NCBI GenBank assembly: GCA_040217195.1 | Contig: JAVJNR010000006.1 | Location: 128,001-192,000 of the forward strand | DNA from: Leptospiraceae bacterium | Lineage (GTDB): Bacteria > Spirochaetota > Leptospiria > Leptospirales > Leptonemataceae | DNA length: 64,000 nucleotides | Direction of reading: 5' to 3' | Part shown: positions 30,194 to 39,946 of the stretch, piece by piece | Layout: every line of letters starts with the position of its first letter | Position numbering within the stretch: position 1 is the first letter of the stretch | Program-made: the position numbers and the translations under genes | Notes under the pieces: generated by a model | Seen by the model: only the letters and a program-made list of their open reading frames with translations | Database searches by the model: none | What the model was told of the DNA's origin: nothing

Positions 30194-33037
30194 CTAATTC
30201 TTCGCCAGTACCTTTAGGATTTCTTTGCGTAAACCCTCTTTTGTGAAAGGCTTGGTTAGATACGAATCGAAGACTCCGTTGGCCAGGAATTCACCAAGCG
30301 TTTCGTATTCATGGGCTGTTAGGGCTATCACCTTTGGGCTCTGCCCGTTGTTCTGCTGCTTCCATTCTTGTATTAGTGCAGCTCCGTTCTCTCCGTCCAA
30401 TTCGATATCGGAAAGAATGACATCGTATTGATTCTCCTGAAGCTTCTGTACTGCCTGGTCTCCATCGCTGGCTCTATCTAAATGAAAGCTCTCTGCATCA
30501 AGGAAACGTTCCACCAATTTTGCCAGGAGATCTGAATCCTCAATATGTAGCACTCGCACTGGTTCGGCGCTTAAAGCTGTTTCAGAATCACTTTCCAGAA
30601 TCTGTTCCCCTGAAGAATCCAACTGCAGTTGCTCAGACTCTATGGTGGGGGCAGAAGCCAGCGGTAAATTTACAGCGAATCGGGTTCCTACCGGTCTTTC
30701 CGTATCTACTGTGATGTATCCTCCAGCCGTTGTTAATAGTAGTTGTGAGAGATACATTCCCAGACCTGCACCTTTTTCCCCTTCTGTACCCGACCTGGGC
30801 TGCAGTCTTCGACTGGGATCCAGAAGCTCCCTTGCACGGTCTGCCTCCATGCCAATGCCGGTATCATCGATCATGATTATTATTGTATCTACCTGGTGAG
30901 AAGTGTGTATTCTAACCTCCCCTCCCTTTGCTGTGTACTTGATTGCATTCATGGCAATGTTTCGCACCACAACTTCCAGAGAATTGGAATCAATGGAGAC
31001 CAGGCACTCTTCAGCCGGAGGGTCCAGTAGCAATCTGACTCCTTTTTGCTCACTGCGAAAATGAATATCTTTGAATACTCTTTCCAGGCTACGTCGAACA
31101 TTGCTTTGCAGATTCTCACTTCGGTCGGATGCGGAAGCTCTGGCCCATTCCAGTAGTCTTTGCAATAGATCCAATGCATCCTGAATACTGCCACGCAGTA
31201 AATCCAGCTCTGTACCGCGCAGGGCTTCATTACTTCTGGATACATGATCCAGGAGAGTGTAGCCAGTAGCCAGCGGTCCTCTCAGATCGTGGCTGAGAAC
31301 AGAAAGGACGATTCTCTGAAACTCCTGGTTTCTGTAAGATTTCTGATTTGCCTCGATAAGATCTGTTACGGTGCTTGCGTTGCGAAGTGCCAGGACAACG
31401 TAGGGGCTTATACTCAACAGGATCTCTCTTGTATTGCTACCAAATGGGTAGTTGCCTGCTCTTTGGAAGAAGATCAGGGCCCGCAACCTATCGCCTTCTC
31501 GAACCGGAATGCAGATAGAGGACGGAAGATCGTACGGATGTGGCCAGTTTTGCAGATCCGAATCCACGTCCTGCGGACTACAGTCTCTATATAGAGATTT
31601 AATTTCGCTTATCTCCGGCGTATAGTTCTTGATATCGCTCTGGGAAAAGGGAGCGGAATACAGGGCTTGCTGTTCTGGAATGTAGATGGAGAGCCGCTCC
31701 AGGTGAAATGTTCCCTTCAAGGACTGAAAAAGATTCAATGCAATGGTGCCAGCGGAATCGCATCCAATCAGGGACCGGGCAACGTTACTTAGAATCTCTG
31801 CTGATCTGAGGGATGCACCAATTCGGGCCTGTTCCTGCGTGGCTCTGGCAGCGCCATGTGCCAGGGCTGCAACATGACCCAGAAGAAAGAATAGAAGCCC
31901 CAGAGATACCAGGTAAGGACTCTGAAGAAGGTTCAGCTCTACGAGAATATCGTGAATCACGAAAACTGAAAGTGCCAGGAAACCGACGCCCATCAGGATT
32001 GAAGTTGTACGCTGCTCTCTTCGGCCGAGGTATATAGCCCGCCCAGCAATGATCAGCGTTGCCAGCAGGAACAGATGATTCGTAGGAGTGATGTGCGAAA
32101 AGGAAGCAGGGGGTAAAAACAGAACTGCAGTAGCGAAGATAAGAAAAATGCCCGTAAGAATGCGCAGTAATATGGTATTGATTTTTCCGGGAAATAAATG
32201 ATCGAGCGAATGCAGGAAGGCTGCAGGTGACAGAAGCACGCCCAGATACTCGAAGCGATAGTAAACTTCAAATGGTAGATTCGGAAATATCAGTAGTACC
32301 GGATGCGAATTGGCGCTTATTTGCCGTAACATTGCGAAAAGCGCAAAGATTCCGAAGTAGAGAGAGGCCCGGTCTTCTCGATTCAAAGCAAACAATACAA
32401 AGGAAAAGCTGGTTGCCAGAAGTAGCATACCTGCCATAAGGCTGTCGATCAGTAGGCCGCGATGAAGGTAATCTTCTGTGCTTTCAATTCTTCCTATTCT
32501 CGGGGCGTTCCACATTCCCCCTGACTTGTCATGGCTATTGGAGATTCGTACAAGCAGATGGACTTCTGAGGATTCAGGAAGGGGTACTACCACCGGCTCC
32601 ATGGCTGCCTTCCTTTTTCCAGGATCCCTGGAAACGGTGCCATTGGAAGCAATGTATTTTCCGTTAATCCAGAGATCGAAGGCAGTCCCCTGGTAGGGCA
32701 TGTACAGCCCGGCCTCCCGGACATCCGCCGGCATCAAAATCTTAAGTCTGTAAGTGGCGATTCCATCCCCACTCAATCGGGAGCCGGGTAATTTGTATGA
32801 GGTCCAGGATGCGGGGATTTCCTGGATGGAGCAATTCAGTTCGCCAGGAGTCTGAAAGTCCGACTCCTGAAGCAACTCTCCGGGACAAAAGGTCCAGCCT
32901 CCGGCCAGGGGAATCGTGGTATTTGATTTAAAGGATAAAGCTCTAAGATCTGCCCGGCCATTTTCGATGCGAGGCGATTCAAAGGTGCCAACGCATGATA
33001 GTGTGAGCACGAAAAGAGTGATTGCAAATCTGTGCAT
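30194..33037 (-). CDS. Hybrid sensor histidine kinase (7TM-DISM, GAF, HisKA, HATPase, REC)
   Basis: LSHDLRGPL H-box, NAIKYT, DTGIG, GAGLG, C-terminal receiver (IED, SD, LTA, KP). Confidence 0.9.
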   Translation of the reverse strand: MHRFAITLFVLTLSCVGTFESPRIENGRADLRALSFKSNTTIPLAGGWTFCPGELLQESDFQTPGELNCSIQEIPASWTSYKLPGSRLSGDGIATYRLKILMPADVREAGLYMPYQGTAFDLWINGKYIASNGTVSRDPGKRKAAMEPVVVPLPESSEVHLLVRISNSHDKSGGMWNAPRIGRIESTEDYLHRGLLIDSLMAGMLLLATSFSFVLFALNREDRASLYFGIFALFAMLRQISANSHPVLLIFPNLPFEVYYRFEYLGVLLSPAAFLHSLDHLFPGKINTILLRILTGIFLIFATAVLFLPPASFSHITPTNHLFLLATLIIAGRAIYLGRREQRTTSILMGVGFLALSVFVIHDILVELNLLQSPYLVSLGLLFFLLGHVAALAHGAARATQEQARIGASLRSAEILSNVARSLIGCDSAGTIALNLFQSLKGTFHLERLSIYIPEQQALYSAPFSQSDIKNYTPEISEIKSLYRDCSPQDVDSDLQNWPHPYDLPSSICIPVREGDRLRALIFFQRAGNYPFGSNTREILLSISPYVVLALRNASTVTDLIEANQKSYRNQEFQRIVLSVLSHDLRGPLATGYTLLDHVSRSNEALRGTELDLLRGSIQDALDLLQRLLEWARASASDRSENLQSNVRRSLERVFKDIHFRSEQKGVRLLLDPPAEECLVSIDSNSLEVVVRNIAMNAIKYTAKGGEVRIHTSHQVDTIIIMIDDTGIGMEADRARELLDPSRRLQPRSGTEGEKGAGLGMYLSQLLLTTAGGYITVDTERPVGTRFAVNLPLASAPTIESEQLQLDSSGEQILESDSETALSAEPVRVLHIEDSDLLAKLVERFLDAESFHLDRASDGDQAVQKLQENQYDVILSDIELDGENGAALIQEWKQQNNGQSPKVIALTAHEYETLGEFLANGVFDSYLTKPFTKEGLRKEILKVLAKN

Positions 33038-33360
33038 GACCGGATGGCCCCATTTTCATAGTCTGGAAAAGAAAAAGTCAATGAATTGTATGAATCCCGA
33101 ATAGGCCGCCCAATCAGGACAATGGCATTCTTCCGTCTCTTTTTGCTATTTTTTATGTTTTTTGTCTTCTGGACGTTCCCTTCAAGTGTGACCGTTTCCT
33201 CCTCTCAGAAGCCATCTCCACCAGGGGTCTGCCAGAAAAATCTCTACTTCTCAAGTTTTAAGGCCAGACGATAAAAACCTGAGTTCCCGGTGCCCGCAAA
33301 CCGCAGCCAAAACGGCCAATATACTGTCAATATTTGCCTCTTAATTAATTGCTCAGCCAT

Positions 33361-33387
33361 TAAGTAGGGGTTACCAATTGCCGAATG
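33361..33387 (+). promoter_or_regulatory. sigma28 promoter of flaG
   Basis: TAAG-N15-GCCGAATG versus consensus TAAA-N15-GCCGATAA, 20 nt before the ATG. Confidence 0.65.
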
Positions 33388-33407
33388 CTATTAATGAGGT
33401 ATAGGCT

Positions 33408-33773
33408 ATGGACACCATACAGGTAAATGGCATTAACCAGGCAAATGGATCGGGCAAACAGCAGGCTTTTCAAGTCTCTCGTACCGAATTGGCCAGGAAA
33501 TTGCAGGCAGGAAATCATCAGGATGTTGCTGATACTCCCGAGAATCGGCAAAATGTACAGAAGGCAATTGATGCGTTAGATATGTTTTCTAACGATAAAA
33601 ACACCAATACACGCTTTCAATATGCAGTTCACGATGAAACCGGAACGATTCAGGTAAAACTGTACAACTATCTCACCGGGGAAGTTGTTCAGGAGATTCC
33701 ATCTTCCAAACTTCTGGAATTTGCTTCTCATATGCAAGAAATCTCCGGATTGTTGCTGAACGAGCAGGCCTGA
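33408..33773 (+). CDS. flaG: FlaG-family protein
   Basis: FQYAVHDETG.IQVKL....TGEVVQEIPS...SGLLLNEQA FlaG signature. Confidence 0.85.
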   Translation: MDTIQVNGINQANGSGKQQAFQVSRTELARKLQAGNHQDVADTPENRQNVQKAIDALDMFSNDKNTNTRFQYAVHDETGTIQVKLYNYLTGEVVQEIPSSKLLEFASHMQEISGLLLNEQA

Positions 33774-33775
33774 TA

Positions 33776-33810
33776 CCCCTCCCTCCCGGGGGGAGGGGCC
33801 AGGATTTTTG
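33776..33810 (+). terminator. Hairpin after flaG
   Basis: CCCCTCCC/GGGAGGGG stem with a T-rich tail a few nt downstream. Confidence 0.5.
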
Positions 33811-33846
33811 TTTGCCAGGTATTGATGGTACTGCCATCCTCTCTGG

Positions 33847-34803
33847 ATGCGCATAAGTGTAATTATTCCTACGTTAAATGAGCAGGAGGATCTCCCGATC
33901 CTTCTGGATTCTCTTTCTAAACAAACACTTCAAGACTTTGAAGTCATTGTGGCCGATGCAGGCTCCACCGATGATACGGTAAAGATCGCAAAAAAGAATA
34001 AAGCGAAAGTGGTGCCGGGGGGGATGCCTGGTGTAGGCAGAAATCGCGGTGCTGAAGTAGCCTCGGGAGATTTTCTGTTTTTCTTTGATGCAGATGTTTC
34101 CTTGCCTCCAGATTTTCTGGATAAAGCAATTAAGGAGATGCAGGATCGGTTTCTAGATCTGGCTACCTGCGAGTTTCGTCCGGATTCAGAGCTTAAACTG
34201 GATGAAATCATGTTTCGCTTTGCCAATCTTTCCGTGAAACTGAATCAGGATATGAATCCCAGGGCCGCCGGATTTTGCATTTTTATAGCGCGAAGATTGT
34301 TTGAAAGAGTCGGCGGATTCGACGAAAGCTTGAAGCTTGCGGAGGACCATGATCTGGTGCAGCGGGCCTCCAGGTATCGTCCATTGAGAGTACTGGAAAG
34401 CACTCATTTGAATGTTAGCGTTCGACGGCTCGAGAAAGAAGGCCGGTTTTCTTTAATCCAGAAATATTTCAAAGTGGAAATGCATCTTTTATTTAAAGGT
34501 AACGTTAAAGATGACATTGTAGACTATGAATTTGGAAACTTCGCCAAGAAGTCCGAGAATACTAAATGGCTGGATGATCTGGAAAAGAAGATCATTCAGA
34601 TGGAGAAGGCCTACAGCAAGCTTTCGGGACCCAGGGATCAGCCAGATGCAGACGGTAAGAAACCCAGCAAGGAAAAGAACGATCTGTTTGAAAAAATGAA
34701 GATGGGCCTGGACACTCTGGTAGATGCATTCACAAAGTCGCCGGAAGATAGTCTGGCCTCGGACCAGAAATCAAAGGCAAACTCGGGCAAGGACAAGAAG
34801 TAG
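33847..34803 (+). CDS. Glycosyltransferase family 2
   Basis: SVIIPTLNE, VADAGSTD, RNRGA, FFDAD, GGFDE...ED. Confidence 0.9.
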   Translation: MRISVIIPTLNEQEDLPILLDSLSKQTLQDFEVIVADAGSTDDTVKIAKKNKAKVVPGGMPGVGRNRGAEVASGDFLFFFDADVSLPPDFLDKAIKEMQDRFLDLATCEFRPDSELKLDEIMFRFANLSVKLNQDMNPRAAGFCIFIARRLFERVGGFDESLKLAEDHDLVQRASRYRPLRVLESTHLNVSVRRLEKEGRFSLIQKYFKVEMHLLFKGNVKDDIVDYEFGNFAKKSENTKWLDDLEKKIIQMEKAYSKLSGPRDQPDADGKKPSKEKNDLFEKMKMGLDTLVDAFTKSPEDSLASDQKSKANSGKDKK

Positions 34804-34917
34804 CCCTGGTGGCCCCTGATTTTCCTCGAAGTCCGCCATTGATTTTAGCGGGCACTGGTAAAGGAAAGGCGGCCCAAAAAGACTTTTCTGTATCGTTTTC
34901 GCACAGTGTTAGACCGG

Positions 34918-36027
34918 TTATTTGCGCAGTAGAAAGGCCCTCAAAGCTTGCACCATTTGAGTGCGGCCGGGCTCTTCATAGGGTAGATGACCGGCTCCTT
35001 CCAATACGACCAGAGATTTTCTGCCGGGTATTCGATCGTAGAAATTCTGGCTAAGCTCCCGAGGAGTCCAGGGATCCAGGCCAGGATGGACCATCAGTAC
35101 CGGGCAGATATCAAACTCTTCGGGTTCAAGGTTCGGTTCATAATCCATAAACGTTCTTAGGAATCGTAAAGAAACGTAGGTCCCCCCCGCATGTGGATCA
35201 GCAGCAAAGATTCCCGAGAAGGCCGGATCGTTTGTGATTAGTTCCATCTTGCTCAGGGAGGCTATGGGTAGATAGATGCCATCAGTGAACCATCGAAAAA
35301 ATGAGCCCAGAGGAATACCTACACGACTTAGAAACAGATTCGCAGACACTGCGTCTCTAACGTCCTGTTTTCGGACATCGGCAAAGGTAGTTACAATCAA
35401 TCCATCTGCATTGCCATTCCGGGCTACGGCCTGGTAAGCAAGCATCCCACCTATACTTAAGCCAAAAACGAACAGTTTTTGACCTGGCTTTCGCTCTCGG
35501 TCCATCAAGGTGCTGGCTAATTCAACCCATACATCATAGTGCAGATCCTTAACAGGATCGGGCACGGTTAATCCATAGCCAGGCATATCTGGTGCAACCA
35601 CAGTGCAACCCAGGTCTAGCAATAGAACAGCAATGGGACCCAGTACCCGCCCATTACCTCCGCCTCCATGGAGCAAGATCACTTTGCACTCTTCATTTCC
35701 TGTTCCGTACCGGTCCAGGTGCACTCTATGATTCTTGAAGTTCCAGTACTCCTCCCGGGGCAGAGTTTCTGCCGTGAATCGCATGCTCTGTGGTAAGAAT
35801 CTTTGATATGAGTGCCAGTGAGTGGTCTTTAGATACGATTCGCCTCTGTGATCCGGATTAGAATAGCAAACCGATATCAGAAAAACAGAAATTGCAAAGA
35901 CCAGGAAATTTTCCAGCTTCAGCCAATGCCGTCTCGGGGCTTTAATAGAGGCAGTGAGCGCTGAGGCGGAGTCTTTCGGTAGGAAAAAGTTTGATGCGTA
36001 GGCATTGCTGGATCTAACGTGGTTCAT
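34918..36027 (-). CDS. Alpha/beta hydrolase (lysophospholipase-like)
   Basis: HGGGG oxyanion motif, DMPGYG, GLSIG nucleophile, DPW and GAGH. Start uncertain; ATG 36027 chosen to avoid overlap with tetR. Confidence 0.85.
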   Translation of the reverse strand: MNHVRSSNAYASNFFLPKDSASALTASIKAPRRHWLKLENFLVFAISVFLISVCYSNPDHRGESYLKTTHWHSYQRFLPQSMRFTAETLPREEYWNFKNHRVHLDRYGTGNEECKVILLHGGGGNGRVLGPIAVLLLDLGCTVVAPDMPGYGLTVPDPVKDLHYDVWVELASTLMDRERKPGQKLFVFGLSIGGMLAYQAVARNGNADGLIVTTFADVRKQDVRDAVSANLFLSRVGIPLGSFFRWFTDGIYLPIASLSKMELITNDPAFSGIFAADPHAGGTYVSLRFLRTFMDYEPNLEPEEFDICPVLMVHPGLDPWTPRELSQNFYDRIPGRKSLVVLEGAGHLPYEEPGRTQMVQALRAFLLRK

Positions 36028-36125
36028 GGTTCTAGCGAAAGCATTGAACCGTGAAGGGCAACAGAAATGATGTGCGAAGCACCGGATCCGGGTTAACAGG
36101 TGTAAATCATCAGAGGAGATTGGTA

Positions 36126-36707
36126 TTGAACCGCATCGAAGCAACCTACAATAAGACTATTTCTGCATTACTGGAGCTTATGGAGGAGAAGCCTTTTGTT
36201 GATATATCGGTGGAAGCAATTGCACGGGTATCTGGTATTTCCAGGGTTACCTTCTACAAATATTTCGTAGATAAGGAAGATCTGCTCTGGAAGTCCTTCC
36301 AGAAGGTTTATCTAGAAGTTACAGAACAGGTGCAGCGAGTGGATCCTGTTACCCTGCTATCGGATGGTCGGCCATTGACCTACTATGTATTCGAAAATGC
36401 CAGAGTGCACAGGTCTTTCTACAGAAATCTATTCGTATATGGAATGCCCTATGAATTTCAATGCAGATTCCTGAATCACATAGTGGGCGAATCTTTCCGA
36501 ACTCATGCCAGGTTGCGCGAATCTTACTCTGGCACGGTTCCCTATATTCGCATTAATCAGTATCTTACGGGCGCTTTATTCAACCTACTGCGATCCCTGA
36601 TGGAAGATGATGAAGACTGGGATTCCATGGAAATGGCCCAATTTTTCACTAAATTGGCAGCCCCGGGTATTCTACAAATGTGCAATTCAATGGACCAGTC
36701 TGGATAG
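36126..36707 (+). CDS. TetR/AcrR-family regulator, divergent from the hydrolase
   Basis: ISVEAIARVSGISRVTFYKYFVDKEDL HTH; GAGGAG RBS 7 nt before in-frame TTG 36126. Confidence 0.9.
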   Translation: MNRIEATYNKTISALLELMEEKPFVDISVEAIARVSGISRVTFYKYFVDKEDLLWKSFQKVYLEVTEQVQRVDPVTLLSDGRPLTYYVFENARVHRSFYRNLFVYGMPYEFQCRFLNHIVGESFRTHARLRESYSGTVPYIRINQYLTGALFNLLRSLMEDDEDWDSMEMAQFFTKLAAPGILQMCNSMDQSG

Positions 36708-36840
36708 TTTCCGGTGCAATAACACCTTCGGATTTAGTTCCGGAAAAGGGCCTTGTATTGCAGATGCCTGCTGGCGGCCCGGCTGTATATGTATAGATTA
36801 ATGGAACGAATTTGAATCCTGGTGGTCCAGTTTTCGAATA

Positions 36841-38193
36841 TTAACTCTGCAGAAAATTGCGATACCAGAGCCCCGAGTCCTTGATGGTCCTTTTCTGAGT
36901 TTTAAAATCCACATGTACAATTCCAAAGGTCTTATCGTAGCCTTCTTTCCATTCAAGGTTGTCCAACAAGCTCCAAACAAAGTACCCTTTCAGATTGATT
37001 CCTTCTTTTACAGCCCTCAAGCATTGTTCCAGGTATTCATTTATGTATTTCCTGCGTCTTTCATCATGGATTCGTCCGCCCTCCAGTTTATCATTATAGG
37101 CAGCGCCGTTTTCTGTAATATATAATGAAGGTATCTCCGGGTATTCGCCAAATTTCTTGAGTATTTGATAGATCCCGGCCGGATGCACTTCCCAGCCCAT
37201 ACTTGTGATTTCTACATCCTTGAGGGGTTTATGTTCCCAGAATTTTAGATAGGGCATCCACCAGGCAGATCGAACGGTCTTTCTGGAGTAGTGGTTGATT
37301 CCCAGAAAATCGAATGGGTATTGAACCAGGTCCATGTCATCAGGATGCATGATGGGCTCCATCTTACGGAGAAAGGGTAATTCCCGGAATGGATAGCCCC
37401 GGCCAACGATTGGATCCACATACAATCGGTTAAAAAATGCATCATGTCGCTCCAGAGCTGCCAGATGTCGCGGTGCGTTGGAAGCAGCCTCACCGGCCAA
37501 CGTGGACACGGTTGTGCCAATTTGAATATCCGATCTTGCAGCAGCCATGGCCCGGGCTGCTTTACCCTGAGCTACCATTGTAAGATGGGAGGCTCTGGCA
37601 AATCTGGTGGCTCCGCGCTTCTGGGGCGGAAAATAACCGACTCCATATCCCAGTAATAGAAATACAAAGGGTTCATTCAGGATAATCCATTTCTTTACCC
37701 GATCGCCCAGGGAGTCCACCATGAGTCTGGCGTAACCGGAGAAATGATCGACTATATCGCGGCTGAGCCATCCGCCCTGATATTCGAGAGCCAGAGGCAG
37801 GTCCCAGTGGAATAGAGTTACATATGGCTCAATATCGTTTGCCAGAAGTTCATCCACCAGCCTGTTGTAGAAATCCATGCCTGACTGATTCACTCCACCG
37901 GCTAGAGTTCCGTCCGGCAATACCCGGGGCCAACTCACAGAGAAGCGATAAGCCTTCAGGCCCATGTACTTCATCAGCGCCACATCTTCTTTCATTCTAT
38001 GATAATGATCACAGGCAACGTTACCGGTTTCTTTTCTTTTGATCTTCCCTCGGGCCGCGAAGTCATCCCAGATCGAAGGTCCCTTACCATCGGCATCATG
38101 GCCTCCCTCGATCTGGTAGGCCGCGGTGGCTGCACCCCATACAAAATCTCCAAAATCGGATGCTCTAAGTATTTGCGCACTGGAATCCTGCAT
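36841..38193 (-). CDS. GH1 beta-glucosidase
   Basis: WGAATAAYQIEG, TLFHWDLP, NEP (acid/base), ITENG (nucleophile), DNLEW. Confidence 0.95.
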   Translation of the reverse strand: MQDSSAQILRASDFGDFVWGAATAAYQIEGGHDADGKGPSIWDDFAARGKIKRKETGNVACDHYHRMKEDVALMKYMGLKAYRFSVSWPRVLPDGTLAGGVNQSGMDFYNRLVDELLANDIEPYVTLFHWDLPLALEYQGGWLSRDIVDHFSGYARLMVDSLGDRVKKWIILNEPFVFLLLGYGVGYFPPQKRGATRFARASHLTMVAQGKAARAMAAARSDIQIGTTVSTLAGEAASNAPRHLAALERHDAFFNRLYVDPIVGRGYPFRELPFLRKMEPIMHPDDMDLVQYPFDFLGINHYSRKTVRSAWWMPYLKFWEHKPLKDVEITSMGWEVHPAGIYQILKKFGEYPEIPSLYITENGAAYNDKLEGGRIHDERRRKYINEYLEQCLRAVKEGINLKGYFVWSLLDNLEWKEGYDKTFGIVHVDFKTQKRTIKDSGLWYRNFLQS

Positions 38194-38337
38194 GGGGACA
38201 TTTAGAACTCTCCTGCCTGGCTGGCAATCTGTTCGGCAGGCGAAGGATCAAACCTGATATGCTTCTCGGACCTCTGAATGGTGATAATAGTCCGAAAATT
38301 GCATTGTCTTTTGCTGCGCAGCAAACCATTCATTGCT

Positions 38338-38667
38338 ATGAGTAAAAACGGTAGATTGTGGTTACGCAGCTGGTTCTGGCGATTGATTCTTGCTGCTGTA
38401 ATTCTAATTGTGCCGCCATTTCTAATAAGTGGTACTCTTGTGGCCCTGGTTGTGCTATCCGATTACAACGGTATCTGTCCGGGGATCATGGATATTCCCG
38501 CTTACGAATGCAGCGTCTGGGAATTTGCAGCGAGAAATAGTATCAGCCCTTTTGCTTTACCATTGCACATCTTGATTTTCATGGCATACTGGGCCATATC
38601 TATTCCTGGAGTCGTCGCTGTTCTGGTGTGGAAATGGTTCAGTGAGTCCAGAGGCATGGCACCGTAA
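38338..38667 (+). CDS. Small membrane protein with Cys pair
   Basis: Hydrophobic segments flanking CPGIMDIPAYEC; start uncertain (38278 or 38338). Confidence 0.5.
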   Translation: MSKNGRLWLRSWFWRLILAAVILIVPPFLISGTLVALVVLSDYNGICPGIMDIPAYECSVWEFAARNSISPFALPLHILIFMAYWAISIPGVVAVLVWKWFSESRGMAP

Positions 38668-38698
38668 CCTGCGCAGCAATTCGATACCCATTGATAAT

Positions 38699-38722
38699 AA
38701 AAAAGGCGACCCGAGGGCCGCC
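38699..38722 (-). terminator. Intrinsic terminator after rpsD
   Basis: Minus strand GGCGGCCC-TC-GGGTCGCC-TTTTTT. Confidence 0.75.
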
Positions 38723-38758
38723 CTTTGACCAGCAGATGCTGGATTGAGTTTCGATTCC

Positions 38759-39376
38759 TTACTTGGAGTAGAATTCGATGATTTTCTGAATGTTAATTCT
38801 GGTAACTGGAACATCGTCAGGGTTTGTAATTCCCATGAATTTTCCCGAGATACCGTCTTCCTGCAACTCCAGATACTGAGTGGGATTGTTTCCAGCAGGT
38901 CTGGCTTCCAGAGCGAATTTCACTCGATCCAGTTCCCTGGAAGCAGGGTGCACTCCGACCACATCGCCCACCTTTACCTGAAAGCTGGGGATATCAACAC
39001 TCTGATCGTTCACAGTTACATGACCGTGGTTAATGAGCTGTCGAGCATCAAAGATGCTACGAGCCAGTCCAAGACGGTAAACCAGAGTCATCAGTCGGGA
39101 CTCCAGCATGAACAGGAAGTTATCCGCTTTGTTACCCTGAAGCTTGGATGAACGCTCAAAGGTTTTGAAGAATTGCTTTTCCATCATACCGTAGGTTAAG
39201 CGAAGCTTCTGCTTTTCCAGGAGCTGCTCACCGTAAGGTGATCTTTTTCTTCTTCGTGAACCGGGTCGGTGTCCGGGAGCGTAAGGTCGCTTGATAGAAG
39301 GACACTTTGGATGATTGTAAAGGCAATAACCTACCGTGCGGCAGATCTTATGCTTTGGTTTTCTAATTGTAGCCAT
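38759..39376 (-). CDS. rpsD: 30S ribosomal protein S4
   Basis: YGEQLLEKQKLR, LESRL, ARQLINHGH, VDIPSFQV, IIEFYSK. Confidence 0.97.
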   Translation of the reverse strand: MATIRKPKHKICRTVGYCLYNHPKCPSIKRPYAPGHRPGSRRRKRSPYGEQLLEKQKLRLTYGMMEKQFFKTFERSSKLQGNKADNFLFMLESRLMTLVYRLGLARSIFDARQLINHGHVTVNDQSVDIPSFQVKVGDVVGVHPASRELDRVKFALEARPAGNNPTQYLELQEDGISGKFMGITNPDDVPVTRINIQKIIEFYSK

Positions 39377-39623
39377 TTTCCTCTAAACCCAAATACCATA
39401 ATACCGGAATGGATAACCGATGCTTGCTTTGGGGGCAGCCGCTAATTTTGTCAGATGACGCGGTATTTCAGCTCAAATAAATTGAGCCTGCCAGAGGTCA
39501 GAGCGCCAGAGAAGCCCCATGTGTAAACTGAAAAAGACTACCGGAGTCCGTTAATGGGCCGCATTGGCAGACTGGGCCTGCCGTAGGTTCTAACTTCAGA
39601 TGATCCGAAGCAGATCTTGTGTA

Positions 39624-39749
39624 GCAATGTGACATAATCCGGGCCCTTAATCCGGCCGCGCAATGTGACATAATCCCGCTCCTTAACTCAGCCAGGCAAT
39701 GCGACATAATCCCGCTCCTTAACTCAGCCGGGCAATGTGACATAATCCC
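39624..39749. repeat. 36-bp tandem repeat, about 3.5 copies
   Basis: Units start at 39624, 39660, 39696, 39732; consensus GCAATGTGACATAATCCCGCTCCTTAACTCAGCCGG. Confidence 0.9.
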
Positions 39750-39946
39750 AAAGACCCTCGGCATTACGCAGTTAGAATTGATCTGGCACTGAGTGGTATA
39801 AAGCCTGGTGCAGAGCGCGAATTCCCGCCTCAGGTAATTCTATTTATGATAAGAAATCGAATCTGGCCGGAAGATCAGCAATAGGATCCCCAGTACGATT
39901 TGCAATCCTGCTTGCCCGTGCTGGCCGAACTGCGGACCTGTTCGGG

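Noticed and set aside
33251..33274. Second sigma28 promoter (TCAAG...GACGATAA)
   Set aside because: Spacer is 12 nt rather than about 15.
39624..39749. Mini CRISPR array
   Set aside because: Units are contiguous, the inter-core segments are near-identical rather than unique spacers, and no cas genes are in the window.
39498..39764. 88-aa ORF with repeated GIMSHC
   Set aside because: It is the translation of the 36-bp repeat; there is no independent coding evidence.
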